Below are positions 8,480 to 17,124 of a DNA stretch of 64,000 bases, one piece after another. The position numbers and the translations under genes are program-made. Source of the DNA: Rhodobacterales bacterium (GTDB taxonomy: Bacteria; Pseudomonadota; Alphaproteobacteria; Rhodobacterales; Rhodobacteraceae). Numbering within the stretch: position 1 is the first letter of the stretch; every line of letters starts with the position of its first letter. Where the stretch lies: contig PDSA01000032.1 in NCBI GenBank assembly GCA_002748285.1, positions 6,857 to 70,856 on the forward strand, written 5' to 3'. A model generated the notes under the pieces. That model worked only from the letters and a program-made list of their open reading frames with translations. It did not search any database and was not told the DNA's origin.

Positions 8480-10830
8480 TCAGGCTCTCCCTGCCCGTTA
8501 TCACCTTTTAGCACCTCGGGGTTACGCAGCCACAAATCGCGCTGGGCAAATGGGATCTCGATATTTTCCTCGGCAAACACCCGGGCAATTTCGTGATTCA
8601 TGTCAGAGTGCACCGACATCGACCAATTCACATCGCGCAAAATCGCCCGGATCTCGAAATCCAGCGAATCCGCGCCAAAGCCACGAAACAGCACCGCCGG
8701 TTTCGGATTTGCCAGCACCATCGGGTGCGCCTCGGCAATCTGTCGCAACAGTGCTTCGACACGCTTGGTATCGGTGCCATAAGCCACCCCGACCGGCACC
8801 TTCAGACGACCCACCGTGTTACCACGGGTGTAGTTGGTGACGGAACCAGAGATAAAATCAGAATTGGGCACGATCACATCGCTGCGATCAAAGGTCTCGA
8901 TCCGGGTCGAACGCACCGAGATATCACGCACAATCCCCATATGGCCGCCCACCTCGATCCAGTCGCCTTGCGAGATCGGGCGTTCGATCAGCAAAATGAT
9001 GCCGGAGACAAAATTCGAGACGATATTTTGCAGGCCAAACCCAATGCCCACCGACAGCGCCCCGGCGACAATCGCCAGCGATGACAGATCAATGCCGGCG
9101 CTGGAAATCGCCACCAGCGCGGACAGGAAAATCCCAATATAGCCCACGCCCGAGGTGATAGCGTTGCGCCCGCCCAGATCAATTTTGGTCTTGGGCAAAA
9201 CGGTGTTGCGCAAAGTGCCTTGCACAAAGCGGGTCAGGATATAACCAATGACAAAAACAATCGCAAAAGTCATGAACACGGCGGGCGAAATACGGGTATC
9301 GCCGAAGGTGAAACCAACCTGGAAACGGGCCCAGACTTCGGTCAGGTCGGTCACCCGCGCCCCCCAGATCAGCGCAAAGAACGGCAATGACAGCAGCACC
9401 AGCATGAAATTCACCAGCACCGGAATCAACGCCTCGCGGGCGCGTTCCTGACTGCGCACGATCAGCGCGTAAATCTCGGTGGTCATCCGGTTCAGGATGC
9501 TCAGGAACGCCAGCAATCCCAATGAGAGCGCAGTCGGCGTGGTCACGGCCTGAGCCGCCTTGAAATAGCCCACTGCCGCCAGCACCGGACCGATCAGGGC
9601 CAATACCCCCAGCACCCGGCTGAAATAATGAATAACCGTATTGCGATAGCTGGCATCCTGTCCGGTCTGTTGTTCATTTTCAACATGATAGCGCAACAGA
9701 TTGGCCAGACGCAGCAACGCATAAGACATCAGCAGCAAAATCGGAAAGGACAGCACGATCAGCGCTTCCTGGCTCCATTTTTCAAATTGCGCCAAGTCGT
9801 TGATCAAGCCCCTCAGGCCGATCAACAGCCCCAGAACTCCGGCAAAGAAGCGCCCCCTTTGCCGCTGCCCGATGGGCAGGTTCAACGGCGGCTGAATGGG
9901 CTGACCCGGTGGAAAAATGCGCATGCCCAGCCAGACGGACACGACAAAGCTTACTCCGACAAAGACCAGAGCCTCTAAAACATGCTGGCCATGCAGGTCC
10001 AGAAGTTGACTGATGGAAATGGCTTCGAGCAGCAAAAACAGCCCCGCTAGCGGCAGAAGCAACTGTGCAATCGACAGCAAAAACTGGAACAACCACCGCG
10101 CCGGCGTGACGGATTTGGCCTGCAGTTTGCCCGCGATTTGCCCGCTCCAGCGCCGCCCGCGCAACAGTAGCACAAGCGCCGCCAGCAGCAGGGCCAGAAT
10201 CACCGGCAGATTGTTTTTCAACGCAACCTGCGACACCGGATTGGCCCAGGACTTGGCCGTTTCCTTGCGCAGATTGTCAAAACTGTGCCCCAACGCCGCC
10301 AGCGCCCCGCCCCAATGAGCCGGGTTGATCGGTGAGGTATCCAGTTTCAGCAAAGCATCAGTCTGGCGGCTGCGGATGATTTCGTCGATGCTGCGGATCA
10401 GGCCGCTGGCCCGGCTATGCGCGACCTCGGCGGTTTTCACAGGAGCCACCAGAACCGCCATTTGCTGATCCAGCATTTTCCGCTTGGCGGCGATCTCGGA
10501 ATCTTCCGGCTCGCCTTCGGGTTTTTCCCCCAGCGCGGTGATCTGATCCTGCAGGGTCTTGATCGCATTTTTGTTAATGTTCTGATCTGCCAGGAATTTT
10601 TCACGCCAAATCACAAGCTCCCTGCGCAAGACCTGAAAGGCCGCATCCGAAGCCCGCTGCGATGCGATCGCCTCTTCTGCCCGCCGCGCCGTCTTTTCCC
10701 ATTTCTCCAGCTGCTGTGCGCTGTTTTCCTGATCGCTCTGCGAGGCAACCGGAGTCGCCGTTTGCGCCCCCAGCCCGCCGGGGATCATCGACATGCTCAA
10801 AAACAAAGCCGTTAATAAAATGCGTAACAC
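8476..10830 (-). CDS. mechanosensitive ion channel, MscK/KefA-like large form
   Basis: Signal peptide, periplasmic coiled region and multiple TM helices. C-terminal MscS core (LQNIVSNFVSGIILLIERPISQGDWIEVGGHMGIVRDISVRSTRIETFDRSDVIVPNS). GTG start at 10830. Confidence 0.9.
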   Translation of the reverse strand: MLRILLTALFLSMSMIPGGLGAQTATPVASQSDQENSAQQLEKWEKTARRAEEAIASQRASDAAFQVLRRELVIWREKFLADQNINKNAIKTLQDQITALGEKPEGEPEDSEIAAKRKMLDQQMAVLVAPVKTAEVAHSRASGLIRSIDEIIRSRQTDALLKLDTSPINPAHWGGALAALGHSFDNLRKETAKSWANPVSQVALKNNLPVILALLLAALVLLLRGRRWSGQIAGKLQAKSVTPARWLFQFLLSIAQLLLPLAGLFLLLEAISISQLLDLHGQHVLEALVFVGVSFVVSVWLGMRIFPPGQPIQPPLNLPIGQRQRGRFFAGVLGLLIGLRGLINDLAQFEKWSQEALIVLSFPILLLMSYALLRLANLLRYHVENEQQTGQDASYRNTVIHYFSRVLGVLALIGPVLAAVGYFKAAQAVTTPTALSLGLLAFLSILNRMTTEIYALIVRSQERAREALIPVLVNFMLVLLSLPFFALIWGARVTDLTEVWARFQVGFTFGDTRISPAVFMTFAIVFVIGYILTRFVQGTLRNTVLPKTKIDLGGRNAITSGVGYIGIFLSALVAISSAGIDLSSLAIVAGALSVGIGFGLQNIVSNFVSGIILLIERPISQGDWIEVGGHMGIVRDISVRSTRIETFDRSDVIVPNSDFISGSVTNYTRGNTVGRLKVPVGVAYGTDTKRVEALLRQIAEAHPMVLANPKPAVLFRGFGADSLDFEIRAILRDVNWSMSVHSDMNHEIARVFAEENIEIPFAQRDLWLRNPEVLKGDNGQGEPE

Positions 10831-10954
10831 AATCTCTGTCCTTTGGAATCATTGAGCATAGCGATATGCCACGCTGATTGGCAGATTGCCAGCCACTTTG
10901 GCCAATCGCAACCGGTGCAAATGCCGCGCCGTTTTCAAACCCGGGCGCGGGCGT

Positions 10955-11395
10955 TTAATCCCATTTTCGCCCGGCCCAGCCCGAAGCCAGCCCCAAGAAA
11001 ACGCTGCCAATCGCCAGCGCCACCACGATCTGAGGGTTCAGCATAATCAGGCCATAATCCAGCATCTGCTGCCCGACATAGAGCAACGCTTCGGCCACAT
11101 TATCAAACCGTTTGCGAAACGAAAGCCGTACCATTTCAGCGATGGAGTTAATCAGAAGCACCCAGAACACCGTAACCACCACCGTAGTAATCCCGGATGC
11201 AATCAGATTGCCGATTTTCCTACCATATCGCAGCCCCATATAAACCCAGCCACAGACAAGGCCAATCACAGCGTTATATTCGGACATGCGGCCAAAATTG
11301 GTGTCGTCCGGCACCAGAGGTTTGAACATGTCCGACACAAACCAGGCAAGGGCGGCGCAGATAATGGCACCAAACAAACGCGATGCGGTCAGCAT
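10955..11395 (-). CDS. TrgA-like integral membrane protein (tellurite-resistance-associated family)
   Basis: 146 aa with four hydrophobic helices. Resembles my recollection of Rhodobacter TrgA-family proteins. The family assignment is tentative; the membrane-protein call is solid. Confidence 0.55.
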   Translation of the reverse strand: MLTASRLFGAIICAALAWFVSDMFKPLVPDDTNFGRMSEYNAVIGLVCGWVYMGLRYGRKIGNLIASGITTVVVTVFWVLLINSIAEMVRLSFRKRFDNVAEALLYVGQQMLDYGLIMLNPQIVVALAIGSVFLGLASGWAGRKWD

Positions 11396-11434
11396 AATGG
11401 GGCTCCGTTCGTGAGTTGGCTGATTGTCACCGCC

Positions 11435-12673
11435 TCACAGCGTTTGGTCAAGGGCGTTGATCAGCTTGTTGATCTCTTCTGGGCTGGTGTAATGCACAAA
11501 GCTCAGCCGCAACACCCCATTGCCCACATCCACCCCCTGCGCCGCCAGCGCCCGCGGAGCGTAAAAATCGCCGCCGCCAGCCATGATCCCCTGCCCGGCC
11601 AGACGCTGAGCCACCGCCGCCGCGTTTTGAGAAAGCACCAGCGCCAGCGTAGGGGCGCGGCTGTCGGCCCGGTTTGGCCCCAGCAGCCGGATGGTGTTTT
11701 TCTGCGCCAGATAGTCCAACAGCGGCTGCATCAGGCGGCACTCGGCATCGCGCATCAACCCATGCACCGCTTTGGCGCGGGCGGTGGGGGAAGCGGTGCC
11801 GGCGAGCTCAGCCCCGAAATGATGGGTATAGAGCTGATCCAGATAATCCGCCATGCCGGCACAGGCCGCCACCTGCGCATGATCCGGCCCGGCCGGGGTG
11901 AAGCGTTTATAGAGGCAATCGGCGTTGAAATAATGCGCCTGATTGGGCAGTTTTTCGGCCAAGGCCCGCCGGATCACCATCAACCCCTGATGCGGGCCAT
12001 AGGTTTTATAGGCGGAAAACAGATAGATATCCGCCCCGATGTCATCAACATTAACAAAGCCATGCGGGGCATAGCTGACCCCATCGACGCAGGCATACGC
12101 ACCGTTGTCATGCACGATTTTGCAAATCGCGGCCACATCGTTGATTTCGCCGACCACATTCGAGCAATGCGGGAAACAGACCAGCTTCACCTTGCCATCC
12201 AGCAGCTTTTCCAGATCGTGGATGTCCAGATGGCCGCTCTCGGGGTCGATCTGCCATTCGCGGATCTCAATGCCCTCATCGGCCAGCCGCCGCCAGGGGC
12301 CGCTATTGGCTTCGTGATCCTGATTGGTGACGATGATCGCATCGCCCGGCTTCAAATGCTGGCGAAACGCCTGCGCCAGAACATAGGTGTTTTGCGTGGT
12401 GGAGGGACCAAAGGACAGCTCGTCACTCTCGACCCCCAGCAGCGCGGCCAGACGGCTGCGGGCTTCGTCCATCTCGGCACCCGCCAGCTGCGAGGCGGGA
12501 TAGGGCGCGTAGGGCTGCACCTTGCGGCTGTGATAATAGCGAAACAGCCGATCCAGCACCGGCTGACAGGTATAGCTGCCACCGGCATTTTCGAAAAAGG
12601 CCTGATCTTGCAAAGAAGGCTCGGCAAAGGCTGGGAACTGTTTGCGGACGTAATCAATATCAAGTGTCATCAT
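11435..12673 (-). CDS. class V PLP-dependent aminotransferase / cysteine-desulfurase-like
   Basis: FENAGGSY N-terminus, HCSNVVG, and PLP-lysine context FSAYKTYGP. AGGAGG sits upstream of the tandem ATGs, so the second ATG at 12670 is the better-spaced start. Confidence 0.85.
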   Translation of the reverse strand: MMTLDIDYVRKQFPAFAEPSLQDQAFFENAGGSYTCQPVLDRLFRYYHSRKVQPYAPYPASQLAGAEMDEARSRLAALLGVESDELSFGPSTTQNTYVLAQAFRQHLKPGDAIIVTNQDHEANSGPWRRLADEGIEIREWQIDPESGHLDIHDLEKLLDGKVKLVCFPHCSNVVGEINDVAAICKIVHDNGAYACVDGVSYAPHGFVNVDDIGADIYLFSAYKTYGPHQGLMVIRRALAEKLPNQAHYFNADCLYKRFTPAGPDHAQVAACAGMADYLDQLYTHHFGAELAGTASPTARAKAVHGLMRDAECRLMQPLLDYLAQKNTIRLLGPNRADSRAPTLALVLSQNAAAVAQRLAGQGIMAGGGDFYAPRALAAQGVDVGNGVLRLSFVHYTSPEEINKLINALDQTL

Positions 12674-12782
12674 CGCCTCCTGGGTTGCTTACGGCTGAGC
12701 TTGGACAGGCGGCGGGCAAATGGCAATGAAAATTTTCAAAAGCCCCGACCAGCCGCAGCACCCTACTGCCCCAGCTTCATAC

Positions 12783-12813
12783 AAAAAAGGCCCGCCTTTG
12801 CAGCGGGCCTTTT
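12783..12813 (-). terminator. intrinsic terminator downstream of the BCCT gene
   Basis: GGCCCGC(12789-12795)-CTTTGCA-GCGGGCC(12803-12809). Flanked by A6 on the plus strand (a T-run on the minus strand) and by TTTT on the other side. Confidence 0.6.
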
Positions 12814-12833
12814 CATCTGTTTGCTCCACAAGC

Positions 12834-14474
12834 CTAACGCGCCTCGCTGCGCAGCCCTTTAAAGATCGCCACGCACATCAACAGCAGCACAATCGCAAAC
12901 AGCAGTCCGGTCGAGATCACCATCGCCTGCAACGCGCCCAGCCCGCCGCCGATCAGCAGCACAATGGCCACGATGCCTTCAAAGGTGCACCAGAACACAC
13001 GCTGCGGCACCGGCGCATCCACCTTGCCACCTGCCGTGATCGAGTCGATCACCAGCGATCCGCTATCGGACGAGGTCACAAAGAATACCACTACCAGCAC
13101 AACCGCAATGGTCGAGCTGATGTTAGACCAAGGCAGCCCCTCGAGCATGGCAAACAGCGAAATCGGCGGGTTGTAGCTGTCGATCACCTGCGCCTTGACG
13201 CCGCTGGTGGCCGGGTTGCTCAGCACCTGCTCAATCGCGGCACCGCCAAAAGTAGTCATCCACAGCACACAGACCAAGCTGGGGATGATCAGCACACAAA
13301 TCACGAATTCGCGCACGCTGCGACCGCGCGAAATACGGGCGATGAACATGCCAACAAAAGGCGACCAACTGATCCACCACGCCCAATAGAACGAGGTCCA
13401 GCCCTGCATATAACCGCTGTCGGTGCGCCCGATCGGGTTGGACAGGCTGATCAGGTTTTGACCATAGGCCGTCAAACCGCTGACAAAGTCGCTTAAGATT
13501 GTGCCGATCCCGGCGGCGAACATGACGAAAAACAGCAACACGGCGGCAATGCCCATGTTGATTTCGCTCAACACCTTCACGCCGCCTTCCAGCCCACGCA
13601 ACACCGACACCAGCGCGATAGAGGTGATCAGCGCGATCAAAACGACTTGGGTCGTGGTGCTCATCTCAACCCCATATACATGATGCAGCCCGGCATTGAC
13701 CTGCTGTGCCCCCAGCCCAAGCGACGTCGCCAGCCCGAACAGGGTGGCAAACACGGCCGTGATGTCGATCACATGGCCGACCCATCCCCAAACGGATTCG
13801 CCGAAAATCGGGTAAAAGGCCGAGCGAATTGTCAGCGGCAAGCCTTTGTTATAGCTGAACAATGCCAGCGCCAGACCGACAATCGCATAAATTGCCCAAG
13901 GGTGCAGACCCCAGTGATAAATCGACGCTGCCAGCCCCATCTGCCGCGCCGCGTCCACATTGGCGGCAATCAGGCTGCCATCCTCGGCAAAGGGTTTGGG
14001 CACGCCCAATGGCTCGGAAATCGCCATGTGATAGACCGGCTCCAACACGCCAAAGAACATCAGGCCGATGCCCATCCCGGCGGCAAACAGCATGGCAAAC
14101 CAGCCCTTATAGGTGTAATCCGGTGTAGCTTCTGAGCCGCCGAGCTTGATCTTGCCCCAGGGGCTGACCACCAGAAACAGGCAAAACAGCACAAAGATAT
14201 TGGCCGAGCCCAAAAAGAACCAATCAAAATTGCTGGTCAGCGCCGGGCGCAGCCATTTGAAAAACGCCGCCGCCTGATCGGTAAAGATCAGCGCAAAGGC
14301 CACGAATATCACAATCGTCACACCGGATATCCAAAACACCGGGTTGTGGATGTCCATACCGAACGGGCCGAAATTGGTCTTGATATTGTGCTGGCCAATT
14401 TCATATTCGGTATCAATCGGATTGGCCTCCCCTTCCGGTGCCGGCACGCCTCCGTTTATCTCGTCTTCAGACAT
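12834..14474 (-). CDS. BCCT-family betaine/carnitine/choline-type transporter
   Basis: Family signature WTSFYWAWWISWSPFVGMFIARISRGRSVREF and 12 hydrophobic helices. GGGAGG lies upstream of ATG 14474. Confidence 0.93.
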   Translation of the reverse strand: MSEDEINGGVPAPEGEANPIDTEYEIGQHNIKTNFGPFGMDIHNPVFWISGVTIVIFVAFALIFTDQAAAFFKWLRPALTSNFDWFFLGSANIFVLFCLFLVVSPWGKIKLGGSEATPDYTYKGWFAMLFAAGMGIGLMFFGVLEPVYHMAISEPLGVPKPFAEDGSLIAANVDAARQMGLAASIYHWGLHPWAIYAIVGLALALFSYNKGLPLTIRSAFYPIFGESVWGWVGHVIDITAVFATLFGLATSLGLGAQQVNAGLHHVYGVEMSTTTQVVLIALITSIALVSVLRGLEGGVKVLSEINMGIAAVLLFFVMFAAGIGTILSDFVSGLTAYGQNLISLSNPIGRTDSGYMQGWTSFYWAWWISWSPFVGMFIARISRGRSVREFVICVLIIPSLVCVLWMTTFGGAAIEQVLSNPATSGVKAQVIDSYNPPISLFAMLEGLPWSNISSTIAVVLVVVFFVTSSDSGSLVIDSITAGGKVDAPVPQRVFWCTFEGIVAIVLLIGGGLGALQAMVISTGLLFAIVLLLMCVAIFKGLRSEAR

Positions 14475-14834
14475 TGTTAACCTCCCTGTTTCAGACCCAC
14501 CGGCCCCAAGCAGCCCCGCTTGCGGGCGTGGGTCTTGATGATTGGCGGCGGGTCAGGCAGGGTCGCCGCCCCTATGACATCCGCCTATCGGTCCATGGCT
14601 GGCAAATTGCTGGCCAGACGTTACGATAGGGGGATGATAGGCCCGTTTGACGTGACAAAGCAATGGTTTACGCCGCTTTTGCGATCAAAAACGACATTCG
14701 TCAGGAGGGTTCGGGGCAACCACCGCCGGCAGCAAACCGGCACACAGAAGCGCAAATCGGGCTTTATGGCCGTTTTACACATCACAAACCGGCAGCGGCA
14801 TGGCCCTGTTGGGGGCGAGTATCTAGAGTGGCCC

Positions 14835-15827
14835 TCAGGCGTTTACATCCACCACGACCCGGCCCTTAACCTGACCTTTCAGAATGTCGCGGCCCAGCTG
14901 TGGCAAATCGGCCAGAGCGGCGGGCTGGATCATGGCTTCAAGCTTGTCCATCGGCAGATCCGTGGCAACGCGCTGCCAGGCTTGCAGGCGGTTGTCATAG
15001 GGCTGCATCACGCTGTCAATGCCCAGCAGATTGACCCCGCGCAGCAGAAACGGAATGACGGTGGCCGGCAGCTGCATCCCGCCTGCCAGACCGACCGCCG
15101 CCACCGAAGCGCCATATTGCATCTGCCCCAGCAGCCGCGCCAGCATCGGCCCGCCCACCGCATCAACACAACCGGCCCAGTTTTCGCTTTCCAGCGGGCG
15201 TTTGCTGACCTCGTTGATCTCATCGCGCGGCACAATCTGGCTGGCCCCCAGCGACGTCAGATAAGAAGCGGCCTGCGCACGGCCCGTCACCGCGGCAACC
15301 TCATAACCCAAATGCGCCAAAATCGCGGTGGCGACCGAGCCCACACCGCCCGCCGCCCCGGTCACCAGCACCGGGCCGTTCCCGGGCTTCAGCCCGTGTT
15401 TTTCCAGCGCCATGATCGCCAGCATCGCGGTAAACCCCGCCGTGCCCACCGCCATCGCCCGACGGGTGGTCAAACCGGCGGGCAGAGGCACCAGCCAATC
15501 GGCCTTAACCCGCGCCTTTTGCGCATAGCCGCCCCAATGCGCCTCGCCCACCCGCCAGCCGGTCAGGACCACCTGATCGCCGGGCTGATAGCGCGGATCG
15601 TCCGAAGCCTCGACCGTGCCAGCAAAATCAATGCCCGGCACATGCGGATAGTGGCGCACCAGCCCGCCGCCGGGGCCAATACACAGCCCGTCTTTGTAGT
15701 TCACCGTGGAATAATCCACCGCCACAGTCACATCGCCTTCGGGCAGTTGGCTGTCCTCAAGCCGTTGCACCGAAGCGCTGGTTTTCCCGTCATCGTTTTT
15801 TTCAACCACCAATGCGTTAAAGCTCAT
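14835..15827 (-). CDS. acuI: YhdH/AcuI-family NADPH-dependent acrylyl-CoA reductase (MDR superfamily)
   Basis: MSFNALVVEKNDDGKTSASVQ...VDYSTVNYKDGL...VTGAAGGVGS is the typical YhdH/AcuI pattern. GAGGAGG lies upstream of ATG 15827. The 488-aa track ORF is an artefactual 5' extension that overlaps arsC. Confidence 0.8.
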   Translation of the reverse strand: MSFNALVVEKNDDGKTSASVQRLEDSQLPEGDVTVAVDYSTVNYKDGLCIGPGGGLVRHYPHVPGIDFAGTVEASDDPRYQPGDQVVLTGWRVGEAHWGGYAQKARVKADWLVPLPAGLTTRRAMAVGTAGFTAMLAIMALEKHGLKPGNGPVLVTGAAGGVGSVATAILAHLGYEVAAVTGRAQAASYLTSLGASQIVPRDEINEVSKRPLESENWAGCVDAVGGPMLARLLGQMQYGASVAAVGLAGGMQLPATVIPFLLRGVNLLGIDSVMQPYDNRLQAWQRVATDLPMDKLEAMIQPAALADLPQLGRDILKGQVKGRVVVDVNA

Positions 15828-15945
15828 CTTGTTATTCCTCCTCGTCGGTTTGAGGGGAAGGGTGCCACGGGCCGGGTTCTCCCACAAGTCCTGATTTCCA
15901 TCCGCCCCCTTGCAATCCGGGCCAGAGCCCTTATGGCTTGGCGGC

Positions 15946-16425
15946 ATGAATATCCTCGTTTTATGCACCGGAAACTCGGCCCGCTCGATCATGCTGGAAA
16001 GCCTGCTAAACCATTTCGGCAAGGGGCGGGTGAACGCCTTTTCCGCCGGCGCCCGCCCCACCGGGCAAGTGCATCCGCAGGCGCTGCGCCTGCTGGCGAC
16101 CGAGGGGCATGACACTGCCGGGCTGCGCTCAAAAAGCTGGGAGGCGTTCACCACCGCCTCGCCCCACAGCCCCGACATCGTGATCACGGTGTGCGGCAAT
16201 GCGGCGCAAAGCTGTCCGGTCTGGCCCGGTGCGCCGCTGTCCTGCCATTGGGGCGTGGACGATCCCGCCGATTGCACAGATGATTGCGAAACCGCTTTCA
16301 AAACCGCCTATAACATCCTGAAATTGCGGGCAAATGATCTGTTGGCGGCTCCGTTTGAAACCATGGACCGCCCTTGCCTGCAAACCCTTCTGAATCAAAT
16401 CGGACAACGCCATGCCCAGCCCTAG
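15946..16425 (+). CDS. arsC: arsenate reductase, LMW-PTP type
   Basis: CX5R P-loop at the N-terminus (MNILVLCTGNSARSIM) plus downstream Cys residues (VCGNAAQSCP). The next gene is an aquaglyceroporin. Confidence 0.85.
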   Translation: MNILVLCTGNSARSIMLESLLNHFGKGRVNAFSAGARPTGQVHPQALRLLATEGHDTAGLRSKSWEAFTTASPHSPDIVITVCGNAAQSCPVWPGAPLSCHWGVDDPADCTDDCETAFKTAYNILKLRANDLLAAPFETMDRPCLQTLLNQIGQRHAQP

Positions 16426-17086
16426 CCTACCCACCCGCCTGCTGGCGGAATTCATCGGCACGGCGATGCTTTTGGTCTCGGTCGTGGGCTCGGGCATCAT
16501 GGCCGAAACCCTGTCCGGCGGCAATGTCGGGCTGGCGCTGCTGGCCAATGCGATCGCCACCGGAGCGATGCTCTATGCCATCATCACCACCCTTGGCCCG
16601 GTCAGCGGCGCGCATTTCAACCCCGCGGTCACCTTGGCCTTTGCCCTGCATCGCCAGCACGCCAAGGCGCAGATCCTGCCCTATATCGCGGCGCAGATTC
16701 TGGGCGGCATTGCCGGGGTGTGGCTGACCCATCTGATGTTTGATCTGCCGATCCTGCAGCTTTCAACCCATCCCCGCGCCTCGCTGGGGCTGTGGAGCAG
16801 CGAAGTCTTTGCCACATTCGGCCTGCTCTTCGTGATCTTTGGCGGCAAAGCCCACGCCCCGGACAAAACCCCCACTCTGGTGGCGCTTTACATCACCGGA
16901 GCCTATTGGTTTACGTCCTCGACCAGCTTTGCCAACCCGGCTGTGACCATCGCGCGGGGGTTTTCCGACAGCTTTGCCGGGATTTATCCGGGCGATATTG
17001 CGGCTTTTATCGCTATGCAACTGCTGGGCACGGCTGTGGCCAGCCTGATCTTGCCGCGGCTGTTTGTGGATAAGGATAACAGCTGA
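16412..17086 (+). CDS. aqpS: MIP-family aquaglyceroporin (AqpS-like arsenite channel)
   Basis: Two NPA boxes (HFNPAVT and FANPAVT) and six hydrophobic helices. The ATG overlaps the arsC 3' end by 14 nt. Confidence 0.8.
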   Translation: MPSPSLPTRLLAEFIGTAMLLVSVVGSGIMAETLSGGNVGLALLANAIATGAMLYAIITTLGPVSGAHFNPAVTLAFALHRQHAKAQILPYIAAQILGGIAGVWLTHLMFDLPILQLSTHPRASLGLWSSEVFATFGLLFVIFGGKAHAPDKTPTLVALYITGAYWFTSSTSFANPAVTIARGFSDSFAGIYPGDIAAFIAMQLLGTAVASLILPRLFVDKDNS

Positions 17087-17124
17087 GGCTTGCATCATGG
17101 CCTGCGCAGGCCTAACAGGGAAAC

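Noticed and set aside
10886-12862. 658-aa plus-strand ORF spanning the TrgA-like and class V aminotransferase loci
   Set aside because: It lies antisense to two genes with clear family motifs. Its translation is Arg/Pro/Gly/His-rich low-complexity sequence with no motif. Long antisense ORFs of this kind are expected in high-GC DNA.
14520-16112. 530-aa plus-strand ORF antisense to acuI
   Set aside because: It shows the same antisense high-GC artefact: an Arg/Pro/His-rich translation with no SD. It conflicts with the well-supported acuI and arsC genes.
15828-16301. 5' extension of the acuI ORF to 488 aa (track ORF 14835-16301)
   Set aside because: The extension overlaps arsC on the opposite strand and has no recognisable domain. 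The internal ATG at 15827 has a GAGGAGG SD and gives the canonical ~330-aa YhdH/AcuI length.
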